The position numbers and the translations under genes were made by a program. A model generated the notes under the pieces. That model was given only the letters and a program-made list of their open reading frames with translations. It was not told where the DNA came from and made no database searches. A stretch of 64,000 nt of DNA from an uncultured bacterium (GTDB lineage Bacteria > Margulisbacteria > WOR-1 > CAVSGV01): contig CAVYHE010000003.1 in NCBI GenBank assembly GCA_963768305.1, forward strand, positions 128,001 to 192,000, written 5' to 3'. Below are positions 38,706 through 50,450 of this stretch, one piece after another. The number at the start of each line of letters is the position of its first letter. Position 1 is the first letter of the stretch.

Positions 38706-40990
38706 ATGAATCCGCAGAATATCGAGATAACCGACAAGATCATTGCTGAACACGGCCTTACAAAGGATGAATTTGCCAGGATAGTCAAAACCCTCGGAAG
38801 ACGGCCGAACTTAGTCGAACTGGGCATGTATTCGGTCCTCTGGAGCGAACACTGTTCATATAAAAGCTCAAAGGGATATCTCAAAGAAATTCCCGCACAA
38901 AGTCCCCAAGGGTCCTTGCCGGCCCGGGCGAGAATTCCGGGATAGTGGACATCGGCGACGGGCTCGCCATTTCAATGAAAATAGAATCCCATAACCATCC
39001 GAGCGCAGTTGAACCTTATCAGGGAGCCGCAACGGGAGTAGGCGGCATTGTCAGGGATATTTTCACGATGGGAGCGCGCCCCATAGCAGGCCTCAATTCA
39101 TTACGATTCGGACCGCTTTCAAATCAAAGGAACCGGTATTTATTCGGCGGAGTTGTTTCTGGCATAGCCGGGTACGGGAACTGCCTCGGTCTTCCCACAG
39201 TTGCCGGTGAGGTTTATTTTGATGACTGCTATACGGGAAATTGCCTGGTCAATGCGATGTGCGCGGGCATAGTAAGGATCGATGGAAAAGTTGCCAAAGG
39301 ACATGAATCTACGGAGATCGGCCCGAGGATAGTCAAAGCTATCGCCGAAGGCCCGGGAAATTCGGTTTTGTATGTTGGCTCCTCCACAGGACGCGACGGG
39401 ATCCATGGCGCCACTTTCGCGTCAGTTGAACTCTCTGAGGAATCCGAATCTCGCAGGTCGAACGTTCAGATAGGGGACCCATTCACCGAAAAATCACTGA
39501 TCGAAGCATGTCTTGAAGCTCTGACGAACGACGATGTTGTTGGAATGCAGGATATGGGCGCGGCAGGGCTGACCTGTTCAACATCTGAAATGGCGTCCAA
39601 GGCGGGAACAGGTATGGATGTCGAAATATCGCTGGTTCCCCAAAGAGAAGAAGACATGACGCCGTACGAGATCATGCTTTCCGAATCCCAGGAAAGAATG
39701 CTCCTTGTGGTTAAACCGGGCACGGAAGAAAATGTCATCAAGATATTCAATAAATGGGGACTGAAATGCGTCAATATCGGCAAGGTCACCGGCGATGGCA
39801 TTGTAAGGGTCAGGATGAACGGCGAAATCGTCGCGGATGTCCCGGCGAGATCGCTTGCTGACGAAGGTCCCGTTTGCGAAAGGCCGGTCGAAAAACCCGC
39901 TTACATCGATAAAGTCCAATCTTATAAGCCCGGTAAGATCAAAGCTTCAGGCGATCACAATAAGGTATTACTTCAGCTTTTAAGCTCTCCCGATATTGCT
40001 AATAAAAAATGGGTCTATGAACAGTATGACCACATGGTCCAGACGAATACGGTCGTTCTTCCCGGCGCGGCGGATGCGGCAGTTTTAAGGATAAAAGGAT
40101 ACGGGAAAGCGATATCGCTGACGACCGACGGCAACGGCAGGTACTGCTACCTAGATCCGTATTCCGGCGGAATGACGGCCGTTTGCGAGGCCGCGAGAAA
40201 TGTCGTATGCACAGGAGCGGAACCCATTGCGCTTACGAATTGTCTTAATTTCGGCAATCCCGAAAAGCCGGAAGTTATGTGGCAGTTCAAGGAAGTGATC
40301 GACGGAATGATAAGTGCCTGCAAGGCTTTTGACGTTCCCGTAATTTCCGGAAACGTGAGCTTTTATAACGAGAACAACGGCATCGCGGTATACCCGACGC
40401 CTGTCGTCGGCATGCTCGGATTGATAGACGCGAAAAGCGAAAATGAGATCAATTACTGCACGATGGACCTCAAGAATAAAGGCGATTTGATAATTTTGCT
40501 CGGCAATAATGGTGAAGAATTAGGCGGCAGCGAATACTTGAAGATCATTCATGGAAAGGTCGCGGGGCGCCCTCCGGAGATAGATCTTAACAGTGAAAAG
40601 AGCGTTCAGCGGACCTGTCTGGAAGCTATACGGCTCGGCTTGGTAAAATCAGCTCACGACATTTCGGAGGGCGGGCTGGCAGTTTCTATTTCGGAAAGCT
40701 GTATCACAGGCGGGATCGGAGCGATGCTTTATCTGACGGATGACCTTGATCCTGTGCCGCTGCTTTTCTCGGAGACCCAATCCCGCATAATAGTTTCGAT
40801 ATCCCCTGGCGATCTCTTTTTATTCGAAAAGATCGCTGATAAGCATAGAGTGAATTTTGAAGTGATAGGCAAGGTGGGAGGCAAAAACCTGATAATTAAA
40901 AAAGGCAAAAAAAGCTTTATTGATATTCCCGCTCAGGAGTTAATCGGCGCATATTACGGAGCCATTGAAAAAAGCATGGAAACCAGATAA
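38706..40990 (+). CDS. purL: Phosphoribosylformylglycinamidine synthase subunit PurL (frameshift near 38900)
   Basis: [34 protein letters not shown]. Confidence 0.96.
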
Positions 40991-41614
40991 ATGGATGCCG
41001 CCGGAGCGATAATTGTACTTATATTTGTTATCACGATCTTCTCGGCCTCGACCGGCGGAAGGATAGCTGTCCCCGGGACCGGCGGCAACGAAGCCCATGT
41101 CCCCGTCTATGCCAACCTGAACGTTGATGCTGTTCCGGAGCCTTCTTACGCATCTGTGGCTGCAGATGATCCCCAGGGAAAGATAGAGCAATTCATTTTA
41201 AAATTCAACAAGAACACTTCTTATTGGGATGCGAATCTCATGGCCTCCAGCATGGTCAAATACGGAAGCATGTATGACGTGAACCCAAAATTGATATGCG
41301 CGCTTATCGCTAGGGAATCGGGCTTCAATCCAAGGTCCGTTTCCCCGACGGGCGCCGTCGGGCTGGGCCAGCTATTGCCGACGACTTCCACGGCGCTGGA
41401 GGTCGAGGACCGTTTTGACCCGGATCAAAATATAAAAGGCACTACCCGATATATCAGGTTTTTATGCGATAAGTGGAAATCGCATCCCCAGCAGGTGCCT
41501 CTAGCGCTGGCGTCATATCTGGAAGGGCACGGCGCCATTTCGAGGAACGGCGGCTACAGCACAAAAACAAAAGAGTATGTTGAAGATATCATAAGAATAT
41601 ACTGGCGCATTTGA
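40991..41614 (+). CDS. Lytic transglycosylase (SLT domain)
   Basis: IARESGFNP, GAVGLGQLLP, LALASY; hydrophobic N-terminus. Confidence 0.88.
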   Translation: MDAAGAIIVLIFVITIFSASTGGRIAVPGTGGNEAHVPVYANLNVDAVPEPSYASVAADDPQGKIEQFILKFNKNTSYWDANLMASSMVKYGSMYDVNPKLICALIARESGFNPRSVSPTGAVGLGQLLPTTSTALEVEDRFDPDQNIKGTTRYIRFLCDKWKSHPQQVPLALASYLEGHGAISRNGGYSTKTKEYVEDIIRIYWRI

Positions 41615-41769
41615 TATTGTTGTAGCCGTATTCGACATTTATAGTTGATTTCGTCAATTCCCCCTCGATTTCCCATACATATTTCCGGCAATAAAATTGC
41701 TATTCTGTAAAGTCAAAAGGCAAACGCAACTTTTTACTTTTACATTTTTATTTTAAAGGGGGTCTGTGG

Positions 41770-42384
41770 ATGCCGGATATTTCAAAAGAGCAGCTTTATA
41801 TCATTATTGGGATTATGGTAATGATTTTGATCGGCTGTGTGATCGGGGTTTACAACCAAAATACCTCAGCAAGACAACTTTCACCGCAAGCATCACCGAC
41901 CATTCAATTGGACATTAAGCCTAAAAAACCGCTTCAAGCCGCCATTTATTTGCATATTAGCGGCGCTGTGGCGAGAGAAGGAATATATAAAATGGAAGTT
42001 GGCGACAGGATCATTGATCTTCTCAAATTATCCGGGGTTTTATCTAACGCTGACCTGGACAGCATAAATCTTGCAGAACCGCTCTCTGACGGAGAGAAAA
42101 TATATGTGCCAAACAATGTTGATAAGCCATTAACAGGCGGACAATCAACTAAAGCTGCTGCTTCTGCGAAAGTATCCGGCGGATCGAACACCAAAATAAA
42201 TATCAATATAGCGGATGAGAAAGCCCTGGATGGACTTCCGGGCATAGGACCGGTCATGGCCAGAAAGATAGTGGATTATCGGAAGGATAACGGCAGATTT
42301 TTTGATATTGAAGATCTGAAAAATGTGCCTGGAATATCAGAAAAGAAATATGACGGTCTTAAAGACAGGATCACGGTATATTAA
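41770..42384 (+). CDS. comEA: Competence protein ComEA
   Basis: N-terminal TM; SLBB region (HISGAV, INLAEPL.DG); HhH motifs LPGIGP and VPGIS. Confidence 0.93.
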   Translation: MPDISKEQLYIIIGIMVMILIGCVIGVYNQNTSARQLSPQASPTIQLDIKPKKPLQAAIYLHISGAVAREGIYKMEVGDRIIDLLKLSGVLSNADLDSINLAEPLSDGEKIYVPNNVDKPLTGGQSTKAAASAKVSGGSNTKININIADEKALDGLPGIGPVMARKIVDYRKDNGRFFDIEDLKNVPGISEKKYDGLKDRITVY

Positions 42385-44758
42385 ATGCTGACGCCGCTTA
42401 TTATTATCACGATTACTTTTGTTATTGGGATTTTGACCGGCAATGTTTTTCACGTATCAATGATCATCTCGGGCGCCGCAATGATCACATGCATTATTTG
42501 CGCATTTATGATGTTTCAAACGGGGCAAAAAGCCGACTATCTGGTGATCTTTTTGATATTTCTTTTCGGCATTTTTTCCATTCAATCCCACGATGCAATC
42601 CCTGCAAATGATATTTCGCATTTTGCCGATGGCAAATATGTCAGGATAATCGGAGCAGTCGCGGATGAGCCGGCACTTTCTGACGGCCTAACAAGAACGA
42701 TATTACGCGTTCATTCGATCATCGTCCGGGGAGTGACATGTAAAATTTCCGGCAATATCAGTCTGTTCATCGAAAAATCGAAAGATCAGATATATTACGG
42801 CGATCAGATCTCTGTGGCCGGAAAATTGTCCTCTATAATCTCCACTTCAAATCCGGGCATCTCTTCTTATACGGATATCATGGCAAAAAGAAATATCAGA
42901 TGCCAGATGCTCTCGCCCGGGTCAGGCGTGAAGATATTGGCCAGGTCGATCGGTAATCCTTTCATAATGCTTTCTATCATTATCAGGGACAGATTGATCT
43001 CAGTGATACACAGTTCATCGCAGGAACCGTATTCTTCGATGATAGGCAGCATAATTTTCGGCTCCCGGGCATCTCCTTTGCCGAACGAGCTTAAGGATAC
43101 TTACAGGTCCGCGGGAGTTATACATCTTTTTATCGTTTCGGGATTGCAGGTCTCAATTATCGCGTCGCTGGTCTTGACTTTATGCAAATCGGCAGGACTT
43201 TCGCGCATTGCTAAATTAACAACAGCAACTTCCATTAATATACTTTTTGCCATCATTGTCGGGGCAGGGCCTTCCGTTGTCAGGGCGGTTATCATGAGCG
43301 AGGCGGCCCTTGTCGCGAACGTATTCGAAAGGGAAACGGATTTTTACAGCTCTCTCTCGCTGGCAGCCTTGATCCTGCTGATCTTTCGATCCGCGGAACA
43401 TTTTTGATATGGGGTTCCAGGCATCTTTTACGGCTACCTGGGCTCTTTTCCATGTTGCGCCTGTCATTGAGCAGATGCTGAAAAAAACGGTTTTAAAGCC
43501 TTTAGCGGCTGCGCTTTCAATATCGATAGCTCCGCCCGTTGCCACAACTCCGATCATCCTTTATAACTTGGGGCAGGTCTCTTTTGTTTCCGTATTATCT
43601 AATTTTGTTATCGTGCCTTGGCTTGAAATGACCGTCATTCTTGGGTTTACTTCGACTTTGATCGGCCTGATTTTTCTCCCATTAGCTTATGTTTTGAACA
43701 ATGCTTTAACGGTAATTTTGATCATTCTTAATGCGTTCGTTTATTTTTTTGCCGGGCTTCCATATGCCTGCAGATATTTCAAGCCGCCCCATTTGTTTGT
43801 GATATTGGCTTACTATATGATAGTGATATATATGGTCGAGGTTTTTAATGGGCGGGTAAAGATCAAAATGAATTTTAACAAGTTAAAGCCGGCGCTGATC
43901 ATATTGGCCTTGGCCCTTTCTTTAATATTTTTCTGGGGACATTCGAATGCCGCGCAGGACCTTACCGTGACAGCCATAGATGTCGGCCAGGGCGATTCAA
44001 TATTGATCGAATCGCCGTCAGGGCGAAAAGTGCTTATCGACGGAGGAGGAAGGCAGGAGGGCAGTGTGTCGGATGTTTCAAAAGATGATCAGATCGGCAG
44101 ATCGATCGTGGTCCCGTTCTTGAGGAAACAGGGTATCAACGAACTTGACCTCTTGATCCTGACGCATCCTCACGAGGATCATGTTGGCGGCCTTCCGTAC
44201 GTCCTTGAAAATATAAAGGTCGATCATGTCCTGGACAGCGGACAAACGCATCCATCACGAAGTTATCAGCATTTTCTGGAACTGATAAGGGACAAGCATA
44301 TTCCATATCAGCTTGCCAGGGCGGGACAGGCGGTCGATCTTGGTGGCGGAGCCAAGGGCTATATTTTGCATCCGTCGGATCCTTTTATCACAGGAACGAT
44401 ATCAGATCTGAACAATAATTCGGTGGTAATGCACTTGGTTTACGGAAACACTTCTTTCCTTTTGATGGGAGATACCGCTTTTGAGGGAGAGGACCGGATA
44501 ATGTCATTAGGATATGACATTAAAAGCGATGTTCTGAAAGTGGGCCATCACGGAAGCGCGACATCAACTTCGATGAATTTCCTGGAAGCTGTCAGACCGG
44601 AATATGCTGTTATTTCCGTCGGAGCACACAATAAATTCGGGCATCCCAGTCGGGATGCTCTTGAAAGGCTGGAAAATATCGGCGCAAAAGTTTACAGAAC
44701 GGATCTGAACGGTTCTGTTACTTTCAAGAGCGACGGGAATAGGGTTTTACCTCAATAG
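42385..44758 (+). CDS. comEC: Competence protein ComEC/Rec2 (frameshift near 43390)
   Basis: GVIHLFIVSGL, SVVRAVIM, GFQASF; metallo-beta-lactamase DVGQGD, THPHEDH, VGHHGS. Confidence 0.93.
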
Positions 44759-44810
44759 CACATTAGTACATTTCTTCTCTGAATTATGTTAAACTTTCCC
44801 CGGATCTGAA

Positions 44811-45401
44811 ATGAAAAGCATAATCATAGGACTTACTGGCCCCATTGCGGCCGGAAAAAGCACGGTTGCCGGCATCCTCGGCAGGCATGGAGCCGCGGTG
44901 ATCGATGCCGATAAGATCGGTCATCAGGTGATACTGCCTCAATCAAAAGCATGGCATGGAATAGTCAAGGCTTTCGGTTCCAAGGTCTTGAACAGAGGCG
45001 GGGCGATAAACAGAAAGAAACTGGCGCATATCGTTTTTTCCGGCAAACCCTCTCTAAATAAGCTCAATAGGATCACTCATCCTGAAATGCGAAAAATGAT
45101 AAGCGATCAGGTCCGGGCGGCGAAGTTCGAGGGTAAAAATCTGGTGATCGTCAATGCAGCTGTTCTGAAAGAAATGAAATTGCTGCCTTTGGTCGACAAA
45201 GTTCTGGCAGTTCTGGCCAAAAAAGACCTGCGAATCATTCGATTGGTCCGTTCCGGTCTGTCAAAAGCTGATGCTATTGCCCGCATCAATTCTCAAATTC
45301 CAGATTCAGAATACAGGAAGATGGCTGATATGGTCATCGAGAACGACGGTGATCTGAAAAAGCTTAACGAAAAAGTCAAAAGGACCATTGCATCTCTTTG
45401 A
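44811..45401 (+). CDS. coaE: Dephospho-CoA kinase
   Basis: [29 protein letters not shown]. Confidence 0.92.
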   Translation: MKSIIIGLTGPIAAGKSTVAGILGRHGAAVIDADKIGHQVILPQSKAWHGIVKAFGSKVLNRGGAINRKKLAHIVFSGKPSLNKLNRITHPEMRKMISDQVRAAKFEGKNLVIVNAAVLKEMKLLPLVDKVLAVLAKKDLRIIRLVRSGLSKADAIARINSQIPDSEYRKMADMVIENDGDLKKLNEKVKRTIASL

Positions 45402-47366
45402 ATAAATTCAAGATAGTTTCAAATTACAAGCCGTCGGGCGATCAACCGAAAGCTATTAATGAGCTGACGGAAGGTATTTTGTCCGGCGAAAAAGAACAGA
45501 CGCTCCTCGGCGTTACAGGAAGCGGAAAGACCTTCACTATGGCAAATGTCATTGAGCGCGTCCAGAAGCCCGTTCTTGTCATATCGCACAATAAGACCCT
45601 TGCTGCCCAGCTGTGCCAGGAATTCAGGAGCTATTTCCCTGAACAATGCAGTCGAATATTTTGTCTCATTTTATGATTATTATCAGCCGGAAGCTTATGT
45701 CCCCACAACCGATACTTACATTGAGAAAGATTCCGCTATCAACGACGAGATAGACCGGCTTCGCCATTCAGCCACGATGTCGCTTTTTGAAAGGCGCGAC
45801 GTGATCGTTGTGGCTTCAGTTTCCTGCATCTACGGCCTCGGGACGCCGTCAGATTACCTGAAAGCGATGTTCATATTAAAGCTTGGCCAGAAGTGTGAAA
45901 GGGATGAGATCGTTCGTCGTCTTGTGGAAATGAAATATCAGAGAAATGATGTTGAAATGACCAGGGGACGTTTCAGGGTTAGGGGGAATGTCCTTGAGAT
46001 ATGCCCTTCATATGAAAAGAACATCGTAAGGGTGGAGATATTCGATGACATTATTGAAAAGATATATGAACTCGACCCCGTCACGGGCGAAGTTTTGAGC
46101 AAAAGGGACAGCGTTTCAATATACCCGGGTACTCATTATGTCACATTCCGGGACAAGCTTGACGGCGCCATTAATTCAATTGAAGAGGAGCTTGAGCTGC
46201 GGCTTGCGGAACTTAAAGCCCAGAACAAGCTTCTGGAAGCGCAAAGGCTTGAGCAGAGGACCAGATACGACATAGAAATGATAAGGGAGATGGGTTACTG
46301 CAGCGGGATAGAAAATTATTCGCGGCATCTTGACGGCAGAGCCGCGGGACAGCCGCCCGGGACCCTTATGGATTATTTCCCGAAGGATTTTATTATGATG
46401 ATAGATGAATCACATGTTACCCTACCTCAGGTAAGAGGTATGTACGAAGGAGATAAGGCAAGGAAAAAGGTCCTTGTTGATTACGGGTTCCGATTGCCTT
46501 CCGCGTTGGATAACAGGCCGCTCAATTTTGAGGAATTCAAGCAGCACATAAATCAGGTCGTCTATGTATCAGCTACTCCAACGCCGTATGAGATCGGAAG
46601 GTCATCAAGAGTAGTTGAGCAGATAATCAGGCCGACGGGACTTATAGATCCCGAGGTAATAGTCAAATCCACAAAAGGACAAGTCGATGACCTGCTTGCT
46701 GAGATTAAAACTGTCATCAAAAGGAAAGAAAGGGTGCTGGTGACGACCCTTACGAAAAAGATGGCGGAAGACCTGGCTGATTTCATTCATGATAAAGGCA
46801 TAAAAGTCAGATATCTTCACTCTGATGTGGAAACCCTGGACCGCATCGACATATTAAGAGGGCTAAGGAAAGGTGAGTTTGACGTTCTTGTCGGGATAAA
46901 TCTTCTCCGCGAAGGGCTTGATTTGCCAGAAGTTTCGCTAGTTGCTATACTTGATGCGGATAAGGAAGGATTCCTCAGAGCGGAAACTTCGCTTATCCAG
47001 ACGATCGGAAGGGCCGCAAGGAACATATCGGGCAAGGTCATTCTTTATGGAGATGAGATCACCCGGTCCATGAAAAACGCGCTGTCGGAGACCGAGAGAA
47101 GAAGAACGATCCAGCTGGCTTATAATAAGAAGCATCATATTAAGCCGAAAACGATCGTAAAAGATGTTAAGGATATCAATGAAAATATCCGGCTTGTTAA
47201 GAAAGAAGAGATTAACAAATTAAAGGAATTTGTCCCGAAAAGCGAGCTGCCGGACCTGATACGGACGATGGAAGAGGATATGCTTATCGCGGCGACGGCC
47301 CTTGAATTTGAAAGAGCCGCGGAAATAAGGGACAAGATATCGGCTCTCAAGGAGGCATTTAAATGA
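45398..47366 (+). CDS. uvrB: Excinuclease ABC subunit B (frameshift near 45640)
   Basis: [33 protein letters not shown]-terminal UVR domain. Confidence 0.97.
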
Positions 47367-48247
47367 TCGATCTCGGAATGGTTCTGACCGCCATGGTCAC
47401 TCCGTTCAAAGCGGACGGCTCTGTGGATTATAAAAAGGCCTCTGAGCTTGCGCAATACTTGGCTGATAACGGTTCTGACGGACTGGTGGTCCACGGGACC
47501 ACGGGAGAATCTCCCACGCTTACACACGAAGAGGAATATGAGCTTTACAGGATCGTGAAAAAAGCTGTCGGCGGAAAAGTTAAGATCATCGCCGGAACGG
47601 GTTCAAATTCTACTGCAACGTCCATCAAATCAACTAAAGAGGCCGAAAAGATAGGCGTGAACGGGATAATGATAGTCGTCCCTTATTACAACAAACCTTC
47701 GCAGGAAGGGATGTATCAGCATTTTTCGGCGGTGGCGGCATCGACCAAGCTCCCGATAATTATTTACAATATCCAGGGAAGGACCGGCGTGAACATGACC
47801 GCCGATACGGTCGCGCGGCTCGCGAAGATAAAGAACATCGTGGGAATAAAAGAAGCCAGCGGAATGCTGGATCAGGTGGCGGAGATAAGGGCTAAAACTC
47901 CGAAAGATTTCGTTATTTACAGCGGTGACGATGATAAAACGCTCGATGTCATGAAAAGGGGCGGATACGGCGTCATTAGCGTCGCATCCCACATCGCCGG
48001 CAAGGAGATCAAGAAAATGTGCGAAGCTTTCCATGCCGGGAGATTAGATGAGGCCGAGAGGATCAATCAAAAGCTGTCTCCGTTGTTCAAGGTTTTGTTC
48101 ATCACATCAAACCCGACGCCCGTCAAGACGGCTCTTGCCATGATAGGGCGTCCGGTCGGTGGACTGCGCCTGCCTTTGATCGAAACGAATGACTCCGAAA
48201 AAGAACAGATACGAAAAGTTTTAAAAGACCTGAATTATATAAAATGA
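47363..48247 (+). CDS. dapA: 4-hydroxy-tetrahydrodipicolinate synthase
   Basis: [33 protein letters not shown]. Confidence 0.96.
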   Translation: MIDLGMVLTAMVTPFKADGSVDYKKASELAQYLADNGSDGLVVHGTTGESPTLTHEEEYELYRIVKKAVGGKVKIIAGTGSNSTATSIKSTKEAEKIGVNGIMIVVPYYNKPSQEGMYQHFSAVAASTKLPIIIYNIQGRTGVNMTADTVARLAKIKNIVGIKEASGMLDQVAEIRAKTPKDFVIYSGDDDKTLDVMKRGGYGVISVASHIAGKEIKKMCEAFHAGRLDEAERINQKLSPLFKVLFITSNPTPVKTALAMIGRPVGGLRLPLIETNDSEKEQIRKVLKDLNYIK

Positions 48248-48786
48248 AACTTCTCCTCCATGTTTGCTGCGCCCCGTGCTTTTCAGGCGCGAATTTGGCT
48301 TTAGCCGGGGAAGGTTTGGATCTGACCGGATATTTTTATAATCCGAACATCTATCCGGCTGAAGAGCTTGCAAAGCGGATCGGGACTTTACGAAAATATG
48401 ATGAGATCACCGGGAGAAGATCGATAATAATCGACGAATATAATGACGCAATTTTGTCTGAGTTTGGCGGGGATAATGAAGAAAAATGCCGAGATTGTTT
48501 TTTTGAGAGGCTTGGAGCGACGGCCGATTATGCCAAAGAGAATGGTTTCGATATTTTTTCGACAACTCTCCTAATAAGTCCATACCAGAAGCATGAGCTG
48601 ATCAGGTCTGTCGGCGAAGAAGTTTCAGGAAAGCACGGGATCGATTTTTATTATAAGGATATGAGGCCGTTCTACCGCGAGTCGGTGAACATATCAAGAT
48701 CAATCGGGTTATACAGGCAAAATTATTGCGGGTGTAACTTCAGCAAGGAGAACAGGCATGAGCAAGCTTTCATCGCTTCTAAGTAA
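48244..48786 (+). CDS. queH: Epoxyqueuosine reductase QueH
   Basis: LLHVCCAPC, FYNPNI, CRDC, YRQNYCGC. Confidence 0.9.
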   Translation: MKLLLHVCCAPCFSGANLALAGEGLDLTGYFYNPNIYPAEELAKRIGTLRKYDEITGRRSIIIDEYNDAILSEFGGDNEEKCRDCFFERLGATADYAKENGFDIFSTTLLISPYQKHELIRSVGEEVSGKHGIDFYYKDMRPFYRESVNISRSIGLYRQNYCGCNFSKENRHEQAFIASK

Positions 48787-49414
48787 AGAACCGTTGACAC
48801 TGATCGTCCGGCTTCCGGAGGATACACTGGAAATGGCTGAAGCGGCTCAATTGGGCGGCGCTCATGCGGTGGTCCTGAATTTTGATCCCGGACAGAAAGA
48901 TAAACAGGACACTATCGCCATAGTGAGATCACTGAAAATACCCGTCGGGATCAAGATCGATAACAACATCGGCGACCGGGAGTTTAACGGCCTTGCAAAA
49001 CTGGGGGTGGATTTCATAGATCTCCCGTTATCCGGAGCGCAGGAGAGCATTTTCAAGTTCTCAGGATGTGACCGGATCCTTTCGCTTGGCCCCGATTATA
49101 GTGCGCACGATCTTACGAAATTGTCCAAAAAAGCGGTCGCTGCGGTGGAAGCCGCCGTAATAATCAAAGAAGAATGGGACAAGGAGCTGACCATAGGGGA
49201 CATTCAGCAGTACATCACTGTCGTTTTGTCGACGATGCTCCCTGTGATAGTGCCCACCCAGAAATCCGTAAGAGTAAGCGAAGTCCCTATAATTTGGGAT
49301 ACGGGAGCGAAAGGGATAATGATAGGCGAAAACGTCACGGGCGACGATCCCGCAACTTTGAAAGCTGTGACGGCCGAGTTCAGGGCCGCCGTTGAATTAT
49401 TAAAAGATGAATAA
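48758..49414 (+). CDS. Hypothetical protein, probable TIM-barrel fold
   Basis: AAQLGGAHAV, GVDFID, PVIVPTQK and GAKGIMIG fit a beta/alpha barrel; overlaps both neighbours. Confidence 0.65.
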   Translation: MSKLSSLLSKEPLTLIVRLPEDTLEMAEAAQLGGAHAVVLNFDPGQKDKQDTIAIVRSLKIPVGIKIDNNIGDREFNGLAKLGVDFIDLPLSGAQESIFKFSGCDRILSLGPDYSAHDLTKLSKKAVAAVEAAVIIKEEWDKELTIGDIQQYITVVLSTMLPVIVPTQKSVRVSEVPIIWDTGAKGIMIGENVTGDDPATLKAVTAEFRAAVELLKDE

Positions 49415-50267
49415 GATCACTTCAAATCCTCTGAAGTTCTTTATATTCATCGCGATGCTATTGTTTCTGGGGCTTCCTGCGTTCGCTGATGAAAAACCCG
49501 TTGTTTCCGTGGTCAATGGGACGAACATCGAAGCTTCCGTCAGGACTGCAGTGGACCTGTTGGGCGGAATGAGCGGGCGGGTGAAAAAAGGCGACAGGGT
49601 CATCATAAAGATCTCATTGGATGATGTGAAACCGTCAGGATCGGGATTGGTGACAAATGTTGCCGTGGTCAGGGCGATCATCAGGCTGGCGAGAGAGGCC
49701 GGAGCCAGGTCCATAACCGTTGCTGACGGTTCCTTGAAAGGGAACACATGGAAATGTTTTGACGCAGCAGGGTATACTCAAATGGCAAAAGAGGAAGGGG
49801 TTCAGCTTAAGGACCTTAATTCCGATTATATCTGGAGGGCGTGGCTGCCGGAAGGCGACAACCAGTATAAAAAATACAGTGTTTCGATGTTCGTGCTCAA
49901 TTGCGAAGTTTTCATAAATGTTCCCGTGATGAAGATCGTTGATGATCCGGCGCCTTCTCTCTCAATGAAAAACCTTCTGGGGATAATGATAGACAGATGG
50001 ACAAAAAGGAAACTTCCGACGGACAGCCAGCTGGATGACCTGATAGTGGACATGAATTTGATAAGGCAGAGCGACCTCGTGGTAATAGACGGCACGACCT
50101 ACGGGAATGTCATTATCGCCGGTAACGATCCGGTTTCCACGGACAGTGTGGCGATGCGGATGATGAAGATCGATCCTGACAAGATCAGTTATTTAAAGCT
50201 TGCGGAGAACAAAGGCATAGGCCGCAGCAAAGAATCGGATATTGAAGTGAAGAGCGAGAAGTTATAA
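49407..50267 (+). CDS. DUF362-domain protein with signal peptide
   Basis: LLGGM...VKKGDRVIIK, VTN..VV, INVPVMK, LSMKN, VIDG, DPVSTD. Confidence 0.75.
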   Translation: MNKITSNPLKFFIFIAMLLFLGLPAFADEKPVVSVVNGTNIEASVRTAVDLLGGMSGRVKKGDRVIIKISLDDVKPSGSGLVTNVAVVRAIIRLAREAGARSITVADGSLKGNTWKCFDAAGYTQMAKEEGVQLKDLNSDYIWRAWLPEGDNQYKKYSVSMFVLNCEVFINVPVMKIVDDPAPSLSMKNLLGIMIDRWTKRKLPTDSQLDDLIVDMNLIRQSDLVVIDGTTYGNVIIAGNDPVSTDSVAMRMMKIDPDKISYLKLAENKGIGRSKESDIEVKSEKL

Positions 50268-50345
50268 GTTTTAAGTTCTAATAACCCCATTTTTTCACAT
50301 ATTCCTCTTCTTTCACTTTTCAAGCCTTATTTCCTTACTAATTCC

Positions 50346-50404
50346 GTAAGTTTTTGCTTATTTGCCACGATAATATTGAAATTTCATCTTGTTTTTGACG
50401 ATAT
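50346..50404 (+). promoter_or_regulatory. Tandem sigma-28-like motifs, copies 5 and 6 (GTAAGTTT-N12-CACGATAA; TGAAATTT-N12-GACGATAT)
   Basis: At 50346-50373 and 50377-50404; followed by CTATATAGAGGGGG. Confidence 0.7.
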
Positions 50405-50450
50405 CTATATAGAGGGGGTTTTCTATGGATTTTGCCCATTTACTATTGCC

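Noticed and set aside
44756..44771. tagcacat-tagtacat 8-nt repeat after comEC
   Set aside because: Only two units, too short to distinguish from chance.
50376..50450. N-terminal 25 aa of ORF 50376-50945
   Set aside because: It runs through the promoter motif and SD, and paralog alignment begins at MSDI (50451).
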